Positions 10,315 to 20,920 of a stretch of 64,000 nt of DNA are shown here, one piece after another. Every line of letters starts with the position of its first letter. Positions within the stretch are counted from its first letter, which is position 1. The translations under genes and the position numbers were made by a program. The stretch lies in NCBI GenBank assembly GCA_964607395.1, contig CAZSKH010000001.1, forward strand, positions 30-64,029. The letters are read 5' to 3'. The notes under the pieces were generated by a model that did not search any database, had not been told where the DNA came from, and saw nothing but the letters and a program-made list of their open reading frames with translations. Origin of the DNA: an uncultured Algimonas sp. (GTDB lineage: Bacteria > Pseudomonadota > Alphaproteobacteria > Caulobacterales > Maricaulaceae).

Positions 10315-11466
10315 CTAGAGCCTTTCAATAATCGTCACATTGGCCACGCCGCCGCCCTCACACATGGTTTGGAGACCATAGCGAGACTCGCGCCGTTCCA
10401 TTTCATGAAGGAGCGTTGTCATTAGCTTGGTTCCCGTAGAACCAAGGGGATGACCCAGCGCAATCGCGCCGCCATTCACATTAGTTTTCTCATGCGGGAT
10501 TCCTGTCTCTTGCATCCAGGCCATTGGCACGGGCGCAAAGGCTTCGTTACATTCAGCTAAGTCAATATCACTGGCGCTCATGCCTGCACGTTCCAAGGCG
10601 CGCTTCGTGGCCGCGATTGGCCCAGTTAGCATCAGAATGGGATCATCTCCCATAACATCGAGATGATGGATACGCGCGCGAGGGTTAAGATCGTAACGCT
10701 TCACCGCAGCTTCCGACGCTATCAACATAGCCGAGGAGCCATCGCAGGTCTGACTAGCTACGCCTGCTGTAATAAGGCCGTGTTTATCAAAAGCTTCAAG
10801 CTCAGCCATGCGCTCCATTGTCGTATTGGCGCGAATTGTCTCGTCTTGTTGAAGGCCATTAATCGCTGTGATTTCACGATCGAACCAGCCTTCGCTACGC
10901 GCTTTATCGGCCCGTTTATGGCTTTCCAAAGAAAAGACCTCTAGGTCCTTACGCGAGAAATTCCATTTTTTGGCTATCTCTGACGCGCCGTAAAATTGGT
11001 TGACCGGCGCTTTGCCAAAACGTTCGACCCAGCCCGGCGAGGTATGAAAGACATGGTCAAAGCCGAGGGGCTGTCCCGCCATCATAGACGCCCCGATTGG
11101 AATTTTACTCATGGTTTGAACACCGCCCGCAATCACGACATCTTGCGTGCCGCTCATCACGGCTTGGGCAGCGAAGTGAACTGATTGCTGAGACGAGCCG
11201 CATTGACGGTCAATCGTAACCCCCGGAACAACAAGATCATATCCTGCGACCAGCCAGGCAGAGCGCGCAATATTACCCGCAAGCGGCCCGACTGCATCCA
11301 GACAGCCAAAGATAACGTCATCATATTCGTTTTGGGGAATGTTGTTGTTTTCGACAATCTCTTTAATCACATGAGCGGCAAGGTCTGCGCCGTGAATGTC
11401 TTGCAGGCTCCCGCGCCGCTTTCCTGTCGGGGTGCGCGTTGCATCGATAATATATGCTTCGGCCAT
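10315..11466 (-). CDS. fadA6: Thiolase, FadA6/ScdF-like (steroid C/D-ring)
   Basis: MAEAYIIDA, DRQCGSSQQ, GHPLG, QTMCEGGG..NVTIIERL. Confidence 0.82.
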   Translation of the reverse strand: MAEAYIIDATRTPTGKRRGSLQDIHGADLAAHVIKEIVENNNIPQNEYDDVIFGCLDAVGPLAGNIARSAWLVAGYDLVVPGVTIDRQCGSSQQSVHFAAQAVMSGTQDVVIAGGVQTMSKIPIGASMMAGQPLGFDHVFHTSPGWVERFGKAPVNQFYGASEIAKKWNFSRKDLEVFSLESHKRADKARSEGWFDREITAINGLQQDETIRANTTMERMAELEAFDKHGLITAGVASQTCDGSSAMLIASEAAVKRYDLNPRARIHHLDVMGDDPILMLTGPIAATKRALERAGMSASDIDLAECNEAFAPVPMAWMQETGIPHEKTNVNGGAIALGHPLGSTGTKLMTTLLHEMERRESRYGLQTMCEGGGVANVTIIERL

Positions 11467-11475
11467 TTAAGTCTC

Positions 11476-12471
11476 CTATGCGAATGTTTGTCCGGGGGCG
11501 AGTTGCGCCTCCCCGTTCAAAACATAATCTTCTAATTTCTTCAGATGATAATTCCGGTCGCCCCATTCCCCGCAAAGCGCCCAAGCCCGTTTCATGAAGA
11601 GGTGCAAATCCACTTCATACGTGTAGCCCATGCCGCCATGCACCTGAATAGCCGTTTCCGCCGCGAGCATCGCCGTATCGATGGCGGCAACTTTAGCATT
11701 ATGCACCGCCGCGCCACCTTTGATGGCCGCAAGATGAATGATCGGCCGCGTAAATTCGATTTGTGTATGCACATTGGCAAGCTGATGCTTCACCGCTTGG
11801 AACGAGCCTATGGGTTTGCCGAATTGATGCCGGTCTCTGGCGTAATCAACGGACATATCTAGCATGCGTTTGGAGAGGCCGATGAGTTGCGCGGCAGAGA
11901 GGACGGCACCGTGATAGTCAGCGAGCTTGTTGGGCACGCCTCTGTCTCTTACCTTTGAGATGTTTACCCCACGAAGAGGATCAATGGAATGTTGCTCTAT
12001 GATGTCGACTTTTAGCGAAGGCAGGACGACTATTCCATGCTGAGTTGTTTTAACAATTTTACACGCATGGTTTGCAAAATTCATTGCATTCATACTTGCG
12101 TTCAACCCTACCCATTGTTTTTCTTCAAATATGCAGTCTAATGTCTTTGCAGCTTCGTCATATTCTATGTGGTTTTCACACAATAATGGTATCGTGATTC
12201 CCGCCATCTCCACCAATGGCTCAGGTAATCCAGAGTAACTCGCAGCCTCTGCTATACTAGTCATAACAACTAAATTTTGCCCTAATCCATTATTCTCCTG
12301 TGGAACCATTACCCCAACTAAACCCAATTCAAGCAAAGTTGGTAAAAGGTCAGTCACGGTCTCCCCTGCCGCCATCACCCGCATACGTTCAACCGTATTC
12401 TCACCATCAAAGACAGCCTTAGCAGCCTCAATCAAATCTTGCTGATCTTGTGTAAATTGAAAATCCATCAA
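11476..12471 (-). CDS. fadE32: Acyl-CoA dehydrogenase beta-type subunit, FadE32-like
   Basis: RHQFGKPIGSFQAVKHQLA, QVHGGMGYTYEVDLHLFMKRAWAL; paired with the fadE31-like gene. Confidence 0.7.
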   Translation of the reverse strand: MMDFQFTQDQQDLIEAAKAVFDGENTVERMRVMAAGETVTDLLPTLLELGLVGVMVPQENNGLGQNLVVMTSIAEAASYSGLPEPLVEMAGITIPLLCENHIEYDEAAKTLDCIFEEKQWVGLNASMNAMNFANHACKIVKTTQHGIVVLPSLKVDIIEQHSIDPLRGVNISKVRDRGVPNKLADYHGAVLSAAQLIGLSKRMLDMSVDYARDRHQFGKPIGSFQAVKHQLANVHTQIEFTRPIIHLAAIKGGAAVHNAKVAAIDTAMLAAETAIQVHGGMGYTYEVDLHLFMKRAWALCGEWGDRNYHLKKLEDYVLNGEAQLAPGQTFA

Positions 12472-13625
12472 TGCCTCGGCAATCCGAGAACGCGCTCTGC
12501 TAATATATTACGCTGAATTTCATTTGTGCCAGCATAAATTGGCCCTGCGAGGGAGAACATATAACCATCGAGCCAACGACCATTATCTATGGCGTCGAGC
12601 CCTTCCTCGAGTTCTGCCTGCGCGCCCATAATGGTCATGGCTGTGCGGTGAAGGTGTCTATCCATTTCCGACCAGAAAAGTTTATTTGCGCTGCTTTCCG
12701 AACTAATAGACGCTCCCGCCTGCACGCGCGAGACCAATTGATAGGTCGCGGCGCAGAAGCGTTCCGTATTCATCCACGCCTGTATGACTTGCTCACCCAC
12801 GCCAGAAGATAGGCGGTCTTTATGCTGTTTATAGAGTTTCACTAATCGAGCAGCCGCCGCTTGGAACCGCGCAGGAGAGCGCAATAATAATCCCCGTTCA
12901 AATCCCGCCGTCGCCATAGCCACGCCCCAACCGCCATGTTCAGGGCCTAACAGATTTTCGGCAGGCACGCGCACCTCATCGAAAAACAATTCCGCAAATC
13001 CAGGATCGCCATCTAGCTGCGCAATGGGTCTCCGTGTTAAGCCTTCATTATTCAGCGGGATAAGGATTTTCGACAAGCCTCTATGACGCTCACTGCCCTT
13101 TTCGGTGCGCACTAAGGCAAAACACCAATCGGCAAATACTGCCCGGGATGACCATGTCTTTTGTCCCGTCACAACGAAATGATCGCCGTCCCGCACTGCC
13201 TTGGTGCGAATAGCCGCCATATCAGACCCTGCCCCTGGTTCACTCCAAGCCTGCGCCCAAATTTCATCACCAGAGGCCATCGGCGGTAAGAAACGCGCTT
13301 TCTGCGCCTCTGTGCCATATTCCATAATTGTTGGCGCGAGCAGGAAGATACCGTTCTGACTGACTCGTAAAGGCGCATCGGCGCGGTAATATTCTTCCTC
13401 GAAAATCAGCCATGAGATGAGGTCTAATCCGCGCCCACCATATTGCTCTGGCCAGTTCACATTGCCCCACCGGTCTTTAGCAAGGGTACGTTCCCAATTT
13501 CGATGAAGCTCAAAGCCTTCGGCTGTATCAAAGCTAGGTAAACGCTCCTTTGGCGCATGCGCATTCAGCCAATCCCGTACCTCCGCACGGAATTGTTTCT
13601 GCGCTGATGTGTACTCAATATCCAA
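12468..13625 (-). CDS. fadE31: Acyl-CoA dehydrogenase, FadE31-like
   Basis: SFDTAEGF, IWAQAWSEPGAGSD, WSSRA.FAD, AGPIYAGTNEIQRN. Confidence 0.8.
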   Translation of the reverse strand: MDIEYTSAQKQFRAEVRDWLNAHAPKERLPSFDTAEGFELHRNWERTLAKDRWGNVNWPEQYGGRGLDLISWLIFEEEYYRADAPLRVSQNGIFLLAPTIMEYGTEAQKARFLPPMASGDEIWAQAWSEPGAGSDMAAIRTKAVRDGDHFVVTGQKTWSSRAVFADWCFALVRTEKGSERHRGLSKILIPLNNEGLTRRPIAQLDGDPGFAELFFDEVRVPAENLLGPEHGGWGVAMATAGFERGLLLRSPARFQAAAARLVKLYKQHKDRLSSGVGEQVIQAWMNTERFCAATYQLVSRVQAGASISSESSANKLFWSEMDRHLHRTAMTIMGAQAELEEGLDAIDNGRWLDGYMFSLAGPIYAGTNEIQRNILAERVLGLPRH

Positions 13626-13627
13626 GC

Positions 13628-14386
13628 CTAGGACTTCCCGTAATCTGCGGCTTTGCCTGTCTTGACAAAGGCATTACGCGCCGTTTGGCTGTCTTCATGC
13701 ATATACATCTCGAAGGTAAAACCTTGCTCCCAGCGATAACTCGCATCAACATCAAAGGGTTCAATTCCGTTAAGTGCCTGTTTGGCAATACGGAGCGCAT
13801 CACGTGATTTTTCCGAGAGAGTTTTAGCATAGCCCATAGCTTCATCGACAAGCTGGTCTCGCGGCACAACTTTCTCAATACCGCCTAAGCGCCACGCTTC
13901 TTGCGCAGATATTTTCCCGCCTGTCAGAAAAGCCGTGCGCACTTTCGCAACGCCTAACATACGCTGTAAATGCGCCGCACCGCCCATCGCCCCGCGATCA
14001 ATTTCGGGCAGAGAGAAATAAGCGTCATTAGATGCAATCACAATATCAGCCGCGCCGCACATAATCACGCCGCCGCCAATGATAAATTTATGCGCCGCAA
14101 CGATGACGGGCACTTCGCAATGATGAATGGCTTTGCCAGTCTCAAAGTTGCCTTTATTCACCCCAACGATGGCCGAACCGTCATGGGCGAGTTCTTTGAT
14201 ATCCACGCCTGCGCAAAACCCTTTTCCTTCTGAACGGATGAGGATGACTTTGACATCTTGTCTTTGGCCAAGCTCATTGATGACCGTCGGAATTTCATTC
14301 CATGTGTCGCAGTTAAAAGCATTCACAGGTGGAAAGTCGAAAATGACTTCGGCGATATTGCTGGCGACATTTGTATGAATTGGCAT
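13628..14386 (-). CDS. echA20: Enoyl-CoA hydratase, EchA20/ScdY-like
   Basis: FCAGVDIKE, LPEIDRGAMG, SYRWEQGFTFE. Confidence 0.82.
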   Translation of the reverse strand: MPIHTNVASNIAEVIFDFPPVNAFNCDTWNEIPTVINELGQRQDVKVILIRSEGKGFCAGVDIKELAHDGSAIVGVNKGNFETGKAIHHCEVPVIVAAHKFIIGGGVIMCGAADIVIASNDAYFSLPEIDRGAMGGAAHLQRMLGVAKVRTAFLTGGKISAQEAWRLGGIEKVVPRDQLVDEAMGYAKTLSEKSRDALRIAKQALNGIEPFDVDASYRWEQGFTFEMYMHEDSQTARNAFVKTGKAADYGKS

Positions 14387-14387
14387 G

Positions 14388-15446
14388 TCAGACCCCTACT
14401 CTCTTAAAGCTGGCCTCAGCCTCAGCCACAATCTGCGACACAATTTCCGAACAGCTGGGCAAGTCGTCAATCAGGCCCGCTATTTGACCGCTCGGTAAAA
14501 CGCCTTCATTAGGCTTGCCTTCAACCATCGCCTTTTGAATAATCATGGGCGCGTTACCCGCCATCATGGTTTGTCCCAAAGTCATGTCCGTTTTGCTCGC
14601 CATGCCCCACGCCGTTTTAATGGTTTGCCCCATAGTCATCCCCGTTTGAGATTTATATTTCAATCCGTTTTGAATCGCTCGAGTGAGCATCCCAAGTTTT
14701 GAAGACTTTTCCAAATCATCCAAAGTGCCGTTCAAAATCATGCGTTGCGGAAGGCCGTCAAGTTTCGTTGAGACGGGAATTTTGAGTACATCAGAATTAA
14801 TATACTCGGCTTTGGTCGCATCAGGCGTCGGGCTGTCAGAACTCATCATGAAGCGCGTTCCCATGGCAATCCCATCCGCGCCAAATGTCAGTGCCGCCGC
14901 AAGGCCGCGACCGTCCTTGAAACCGCCGCAGGCGACAACGGGCACACCAAGATTTTGGTTTATGACTTGCGCCAATAAGAGCCATGTCGGTGTTGCCCCA
15001 GTATGACCGCCACCTTCTTGACCTTGGCAAACGAGAATATCCGCACCCATTTTTACGGCTTTGCTCGCATGCTTAGAAGCCCCGATTGTGGGAACACATT
15101 TTAACCCGGCTACTTTGACTTTTTCGACAATTTTAGAGGACGGCCCTCGGCCATAAGATAAAGCCGCAACATCATAATCTATACAAATATCTATTATTTT
15201 ATCAATACCTTGCTGGAAAGCATGGATGTTTACGCCAAAGGGCTTATCCGTCTCATATTTAATTAATTTGATTTCTTCTTCGCACTCTTCAGGCGACATG
15301 ACGGCAGCGGCCAGGAAGCCGAAAGCGCCCGCTTTAATGCTTGCCGTTACAAGCTGTGACGTCGAGACCCATCCCATCGCCGTTTGGATAACGGGATAGT
15401 CGCACCCCAAAGCTTGGGTCAAAGGCGTGTTGAGCGCAGCGTGCAT
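14388..15446 (-). CDS. ipdC: Nitronate monooxygenase-family flavoprotein, IpdC/ScdK-like
   Basis: VIQTAMGWV, EGGGHTG, GGFKDGRGL, GVLPSGQ; next to echA20 and ipdAB. Confidence 0.82.
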   Translation of the reverse strand: MHAALNTPLTQALGCDYPVIQTAMGWVSTSQLVTASIKAGAFGFLAAAVMSPEECEEEIKLIKYETDKPFGVNIHAFQQGIDKIIDICIDYDVAALSYGRGPSSKIVEKVKVAGLKCVPTIGASKHASKAVKMGADILVCQGQEGGGHTGATPTWLLLAQVINQNLGVPVVACGGFKDGRGLAAALTFGADGIAMGTRFMMSSDSPTPDATKAEYINSDVLKIPVSTKLDGLPQRMILNGTLDDLEKSSKLGMLTRAIQNGLKYKSQTGMTMGQTIKTAWGMASKTDMTLGQTMMAGNAPMIIQKAMVEGKPNEGVLPSGQIAGLIDDLPSCSEIVSQIVAEAEASFKRVGV

Positions 15447-16343
15447 TCACCCCTCTTTTTTCTTATTGGCTTCAGCCATTTTCTTACCGTCGAAACCGGC
15501 AATGTAATCCCCTTTGACCAGGCTATTATTGGCGTGAGCGAAATGGTGATATCCATAAACTGCATCCATTGTGTTGCGCTTACCCATCATATCTTCGGCT
15601 TGATTACAGGCTTGCTTTGCGAGCGCCATAGCAAGGCGCGGCTGGGTGACGAGTTTTTCGGCCCAGGCCTGAACCGCGCTTTCAAGCTCTTCGCGCGACA
15701 CAACTTTATTTATCATACCTGCCGCCAAGACACGCTCCGCACTCCATCGCTCGCCGAGAAGTAAAAACTCTTTGGCTTGGCGTACATTGAATTCAAAGGG
15801 ATGCGCGAAATATTCAACGCCCGGAAACCCCATCTGCACAACAGGATCTTGGAAGAAGGCATCATCAGAGGCCACAATTAAATCGCAGACCCAAGCGAGC
15901 ATAAGCCCGCCTGCGATGCAGCCCTTATGCACCTGCGCGATTGTCGGCTTGGGCACAGCGCGCCAGCGGCGGCAAAATTCGAGATAGACTTCTTGCTCGC
16001 GCACATAAGCTTTTTCTGCGCCAGGTTTATTATCGTGATTATAATTCATCGAGCGGCGATCATCACGCCCTTGATGGAAGTCCCTACCCGGCGTGCCAAT
16101 ATCGTGGCCTGCTGAGAAATGTTTGCCATTCGCCCGCAGCACAATGACCTTCACATCATCATCCCCTGTGGCTTTGAAGAAAGCATCGTCCAGCGCATAG
16201 AGCATCTGGGAGTTCTGGCTGTTATGATATTTAACGCGGTTGAGCGTCAGGTAAGCAATCCCGTTCTTCGTTTCATAAAGAACGGGATGCTCTTCCTCAT
16301 AGACGATGTCGGCATCGACCTTTGGGACGGTTTCGTTACTCAT
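15447..16343 (-). CDS. Enoyl-CoA hydratase (EchA13/ScdN-like)
   Basis: HFSAGHDIGTP, IAGGLMLAWVCD, MGFPGVEYFAHP. Confidence 0.85.
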   Translation of the reverse strand: MSNETVPKVDADIVYEEEHPVLYETKNGIAYLTLNRVKYHNSQNSQMLYALDDAFFKATGDDDVKVIVLRANGKHFSAGHDIGTPGRDFHQGRDDRRSMNYNHDNKPGAEKAYVREQEVYLEFCRRWRAVPKPTIAQVHKGCIAGGLMLAWVCDLIVASDDAFFQDPVVQMGFPGVEYFAHPFEFNVRQAKEFLLLGERWSAERVLAAGMINKVVSREELESAVQAWAEKLVTQPRLAMALAKQACNQAEDMMGKRNTMDAVYGYHHFAHANNSLVKGDYIAGFDGKKMAEANKKKEG

Positions 16344-17134
16344 GACGCACGCACTCCGGGCGGATTATCTTTGAAAATATAGGACCGTAGATTTTTAGGA
16401 TCCCATTTTGCGATGATATCTAATTGTGCCTGTGTCGGGGCCGCGGTTTCAGGGATATTATCAGGTCTAATAAGGTCGAACCCAGTATTATCCTGCACTT
16501 CATCGAAACCTACACCCGGGTGGAGCGAACGCACACGGATGGCATGGTTAGGCCCCTCAAAATCCAATACGCAAAGATTTGTGATAATTTGGCGGTGGTC
16601 TAACCCCCTTGGATATTTACCGTTTGGATAACGCTTAGGGTTATATCCTGCCCCACTGACCATATCGACTTCACCCTCGACTAAAGCACGTTTGTTATGA
16701 TTAGCAAAGAACATAGATGTGCGGTTATTGACTGTATTCCCTGGCAATCCGCGCACGCCGAGCATCGTGACTTTTGGATTCGCATAATCGCCAATACAAG
16801 ACAGGTTCATCTGTCCATATTTATCAACCTGAACAGGGCCAACAAAAGCATGGCGGTTACCTTTGGCGATAACGGTAAAGACACGCTCATACCCAATACG
16901 TCCCTCTTTCTTTATGGGGTAATCTCCGCGCGGGCCAACAGGGACAGGCTCGGCGGCAAGATAATAAATCCCGTCACTCATCATCATGCCGGGTAAGAAT
17001 GTTTCACGCGCGACGTAGCCTGCAAGTTTAGGCAAGGTTCCAATCAGCGTCGCGAAAACTTCAGGCGTTTCATCCCGAAAAATCTCGGACGCGGCGACGA
17101 TAGCAAGTTCGGCAAGACTATAGTCTGTACTCAT
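16340..17134 (-). CDS. ipdB: CoA-transferase-like beta subunit IpdB/ScdL2 (C-ring hydrolase)
   Basis: QVDKYGQMNLS, LGVRGLPGNT, SLHPGV. Confidence 0.82.
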   Translation of the reverse strand: MSTDYSLAELAIVAASEIFRDETPEVFATLIGTLPKLAGYVARETFLPGMMMSDGIYYLAAEPVPVGPRGDYPIKKEGRIGYERVFTVIAKGNRHAFVGPVQVDKYGQMNLSCIGDYANPKVTMLGVRGLPGNTVNNRTSMFFANHNKRALVEGEVDMVSGAGYNPKRYPNGKYPRGLDHRQIITNLCVLDFEGPNHAIRVRSLHPGVGFDEVQDNTGFDLIRPDNIPETAAPTQAQLDIIAKWDPKNLRSYIFKDNPPGVRAS

Positions 17135-17143
17135 GTACGCCTC

Positions 17144-18022
17144 CTAAAATGCTGGCAATGGGAGGCGGCGAATATGCGCCGCGCCGCCCACGGATTTAAC
17201 ATAATCATCCGCTTCAATGAATTCGGAGACATAACCGTCCCAGCCTTCTTTGGCTGTGCCGCTATAGGCCTTCAAATGCGGCGCATCGAACCCATAATCA
17301 GGCCCGCAAGATGTCGGATGCGCGCCAAAGGGAATCTCTGCAACACCCGCCACAAGGTTTCGCTCAATGGGCATGCGGAGGATTTTATGATCGTCATTAA
17401 AGGCACTTGTCTCTACGATACGTTCGCAGGTCAGATAGGCTGCGTTGGCCGCGCGGCAGAACCATTCGTCAAAGAACATATCTGGCCCGCCAATCCAGCT
17501 ATTGCCGCGCATGTCCGCCTCGCTCACATGGCACAGTGCGACATCTAATTTTATCGCTGGCATCGCCACATAATGGTCAGCGCTATATGGGCTTTTGATA
17601 GTTTTGATGTCGGGGTTATAGGTCATCACATCCGTCCCGAGGCCTGCAATACACGGCAAAAAGTCAAGATTCTGAGCAGCGGCTTTAAGGCCTAGCTGGA
17701 ACATGCCTTCATCGATTTCCATGACCTCAAACTCGCCTGCTGAGCGCGCGCGGCGGAAATGAGCTTCGAGGGGGATGGCGTCAAGAGAGACAAAACTAAA
17801 GACCAGCCTCTTTATCTTACCCGCACTGGCGAGCATACCCACATCGCAGCCGCCGTAAGAGACAATAGTGAGATCTCTTAAGTCAGACCTCACAATTTCA
17901 CGGATAAGCGCCATCGGCTTTTGCCGCGCGCCCCAACCGCCAATACCAATAGTCATACCAGACTCTAACTGATCAACAATATCAGCTACGCTCATGCGTT
18001 TATCCAAAACAGATGTGCTCAT
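17144..18022 (-). CDS. ipdA: CoA-transferase-like alpha subunit IpdA/ScdL1
   Basis: GMTIGIGGWG.R.KPMAL, FVSLDAIPLE, GAHPTSC. Confidence 0.85.
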   Translation of the reverse strand: MSTSVLDKRMSVADIVDQLESGMTIGIGGWGARQKPMALIREIVRSDLRDLTIVSYGGCDVGMLASAGKIKRLVFSFVSLDAIPLEAHFRRARSAGEFEVMEIDEGMFQLGLKAAAQNLDFLPCIAGLGTDVMTYNPDIKTIKSPYSADHYVAMPAIKLDVALCHVSEADMRGNSWIGGPDMFFDEWFCRAANAAYLTCERIVETSAFNDDHKILRMPIERNLVAGVAEIPFGAHPTSCGPDYGFDAPHLKAYSGTAKEGWDGYVSEFIEADDYVKSVGGAAHIRRLPLPAF

Positions 18023-18924
18023 TACTCACCTACGACAGGGAAATCATATTCATGGCCCCAGAGGTCGCCAATTTTAGATTTGGTAGGTTTGAACTTCGAC
18101 CAGTCCTTAATTTGCTTACCTTCATATCCGATTTCAAACCCGATGCCGCCTGGGGCAAAGAAATAGAAACTGACCATATGGTCATTGGCATGACGTCCTA
18201 GCGACGCAAAAATATGCAACCCCGCCTCTTTCACGCGGTCCATACACATGCCCACCTCGTCAATCGTATTCATCTCCGCCATGAGGTGAATGACACCTGT
18301 CGGGTTCGGGAAGTTATAGAGACCGAGCGTATGATGACGCGGATTATCAGCATGCATGAAATAGACTCGCTGTTTCGGCAGACCCGGTGCGAAGGCAGGG
18401 AGCGTCAAATCATCTGAAACCCCAAAACCCATGACTTTGCGGTAAAAATCAATCGTTTTTTTGTTTTCAGGCGCAGGCAAAACCATATGGCCGAGACCCA
18501 TTTTGCCAGTCTTGAAAGATTTAATGCCATGGCCAGGCTTGAAAGGCTCGCCTTTGGAGCGGCCATGAAAAATTTCGACCAAATTGCCAGACGGGTCATG
18601 AAAGCTAGCCACAGCTTTGACAGCGCGATGCTTAGCCTCTTTGTCCGAACCGCGCGTAACGTCGACTTTCTTTTTCTCAAGCACCTTAATTTGGTCTTCA
18701 AAGGCTTTCTTAGATGACATCTGATAGCCGCCCGCTACAAAACGATCCGCCTCGCCTTTGCGGATCATATAGCGGAAAGGCGCATTATCCATACGCAGAT
18801 ATTTTGTACCTTTTTCGCCAAAGGATTTTGCCGAACCAAACCCCAATACAGACTTAGCGAATTTCGCCCAGACTGTAGGGTCCTGCATTTCCAAAATTAC
18901 ATATCCTAAATTTGCAACACCCAT
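18022..18924 (-). CDS. hsaC: Extradiol ring-cleavage dioxygenase HsaC/TesB (3,4-DHSA 4,5-dioxygenase)
   Basis: VOC fold; GLGHMVL, NPRHH, HLMAE, LGRHANDHMVSFY, WGH. Confidence 0.85.
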   Translation of the reverse strand: MGVANLGYVILEMQDPTVWAKFAKSVLGFGSAKSFGEKGTKYLRMDNAPFRYMIRKGEADRFVAGGYQMSSKKAFEDQIKVLEKKKVDVTRGSDKEAKHRAVKAVASFHDPSGNLVEIFHGRSKGEPFKPGHGIKSFKTGKMGLGHMVLPAPENKKTIDFYRKVMGFGVSDDLTLPAFAPGLPKQRVYFMHADNPRHHTLGLYNFPNPTGVIHLMAEMNTIDEVGMCMDRVKEAGLHIFASLGRHANDHMVSFYFFAPGGIGFEIGYEGKQIKDWSKFKPTKSKIGDLWGHEYDFPVVGE

Positions 18925-18926
18925 AA

Positions 18927-19985
18927 CTATCCCCCTTTTGCTATCTTCAACGCTTTTTCTTTTTTTAGATCGAGCGCCACATCAACAATCATATCTTCCT
19001 GTCCACCCACCATGCGGCGACGACCCAGTTCAACGAGTATCTCGCGCGTATCCATATCATAATCTTCGGCGGCTTTCTCGGCATGGCGTAAAAAAGATGA
19101 ATAAACACCCGCATATCCCAAAGAGAGCGTTTCGCGGTCAACGCGCACAGGGCGGTCTTGAAGTGGACGTACAAATTCTTCCGCCGCGTCCATCAGCTTG
19201 TAAACATCGCAGCCATGGTTCCAGCCTTTTTTATCAATAGCTGCGATAAAGACTTCCAGCGGCGCATTTCCCGCCCCCGCCCCCATAGCCGCAAGCGAAG
19301 CATCCACGCGGCGAGCACCGTTCTGTACACCAACGATAGAATTGGCCACGCCGAGTGAGAGATTATGATGGGCATGAACGCCGCGTTCCGTCTCGGGCTT
19401 TAGGACATCATTGTAAGCCTTTAAACGCTCGGCGTAGCCGTCCATATCCATCGCCCCGCCGCTATCAGTGACATAAATACAAGTCGCACCATATTCTTCC
19501 ATCAGCTTGGCTTGGCTGGCCAAATGCTTAGGCTCGACCATATGACTCATCATCAGAAAGCCAATCGTATCCATACCCAATTCGCGCGCCATTTCGATAT
19601 GTTGGCGCGAGACATCGGCTTCGGTGCAGTGGGTGGCGACGCGGACAGAGCGAACGCCCAAATCACAGGCGCGTTTCAGCTCATCAATCGTAGCAATGCC
19701 CGGCAGGATAAGCGTCGTGACGATAGCATTTTCAACAACATCGCAAACCGCTTCTATCCATTCCCAATCCGTATGGGACCCAAAGCCATAATTAAACGCG
19801 CCGCCATTCAAGCCATCACCATGGGCAATTTCAATCGCGTCCACGCCAGCTTCATCAAGCGCTTTCGCGATGACCCGAACATGGTCTACAGAATATTGAT
19901 GACGAATGGCGTGCATGCCATCACGTAAGGTCACGTCTTGGATGTAGAGACGGTCCTTAGTCGGGTCAGTGACTACGCCGCTCAT
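18927..19985 (-). CDS. dmpG: 4-hydroxy-2-oxovalerate/hexanoate aldolase (HsaF/TesG/DmpG)
   Basis: [40 protein letters not shown]. Confidence 0.93.
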   Translation of the reverse strand: MSGVVTDPTKDRLYIQDVTLRDGMHAIRHQYSVDHVRVIAKALDEAGVDAIEIAHGDGLNGGAFNYGFGSHTDWEWIEAVCDVVENAIVTTLILPGIATIDELKRACDLGVRSVRVATHCTEADVSRQHIEMARELGMDTIGFLMMSHMVEPKHLASQAKLMEEYGATCIYVTDSGGAMDMDGYAERLKAYNDVLKPETERGVHAHHNLSLGVANSIVGVQNGARRVDASLAAMGAGAGNAPLEVFIAAIDKKGWNHGCDVYKLMDAAEEFVRPLQDRPVRVDRETLSLGYAGVYSSFLRHAEKAAEDYDMDTREILVELGRRRMVGGQEDMIVDVALDLKKEKALKIAKGG

Positions 19986-20920
19986 GCGATAGCTTCGAAT
20001 TTTTTGCGCGCGATAGCCTCTGCCGTGCCCATACCTGCAGAGGTCATAATATCGAGATTACCTGCATATTTCGGCAGGTAATGCCCAGCCCCTTCGACCT
20101 CTAAGAATACAGTCACTTTTGTTCCCTCATAGGTGCCAAGCCCTGGAATATGGAGTTTATTATTACCCGTGAACTTTTCAAACTGAACATCTTGTTTCAA
20201 ACGATAACCCGGCACATAGGCCTGAACATCAGCCACCATATCCGCGACGGACTTTCGAATGTCGTCTTCTTTCCCGCCCACAGACAGCGCATAGACGGTG
20301 TCGCGCATAATCATGGGCGGCTCGGCGGGGTTGAGGATGATTATCGCCTTGCCCTTTTGCGCGCCGCCAACTTGCTCAATGCCTTTGGCCGTGGTGCGCG
20401 TAAACTCATCAATATTGGCCCGTGTCCCTGGCCCTGCCGAACGCGAGGAGACTGAGGCGACAATCTCGGCATAAGGCACAGAGTCAGAAACGCGCGTCAC
20501 AGCGGCTACCATGGGGATTGTCGCTTGCCCGCCGCAGGTCACCATATTAACATTGGGCGCATCCAGATGCGCGTCCATATTTACAACAGGTACGCAATAT
20601 GGGCCGATAGCGGCTGGTGTTAAATCCACCATTTGCTTGCCTTCAGCTTCACATATCGCGGCATGCTTGGCGTGGGCATATGCAGACGTCGCATCGAAGA
20701 CGATTTTGACATCATTCCAGACATCCAGCTTTTGCGCCCCTTCAACACCCTCATGCGAGGTCGCAAAGCCGCGCTGTCGCGCCATGGCCAGACCTTCGGA
20801 TTCGGGGTCAATACCGATAACGCAGCCCACCTCTAGCACGTCTGAACTTTCCGCGATTTTAATCATCAGATCTGTGCCAATATTACCGGAGCCAATGATA
20901 GCTGTTTTAATTTTAGCCAT
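19982..20920 (-). CDS. hsaG: Acylating acetaldehyde/propanal dehydrogenase (HsaG/TesF/DmpF)
   Basis: [42 protein letters not shown]. Confidence 0.92.
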   Translation of the reverse strand: MAKIKTAIIGSGNIGTDLMIKIAESSDVLEVGCVIGIDPESEGLAMARQRGFATSHEGVEGAQKLDVWNDVKIVFDATSAYAHAKHAAICEAEGKQMVDLTPAAIGPYCVPVVNMDAHLDAPNVNMVTCGGQATIPMVAAVTRVSDSVPYAEIVASVSSRSAGPGTRANIDEFTRTTAKGIEQVGGAQKGKAIIILNPAEPPMIMRDTVYALSVGGKEDDIRKSVADMVADVQAYVPGYRLKQDVQFEKFTGNNKLHIPGLGTYEGTKVTVFLEVEGAGHYLPKYAGNLDIMTSAGMGTAEAIARKKFEAIA

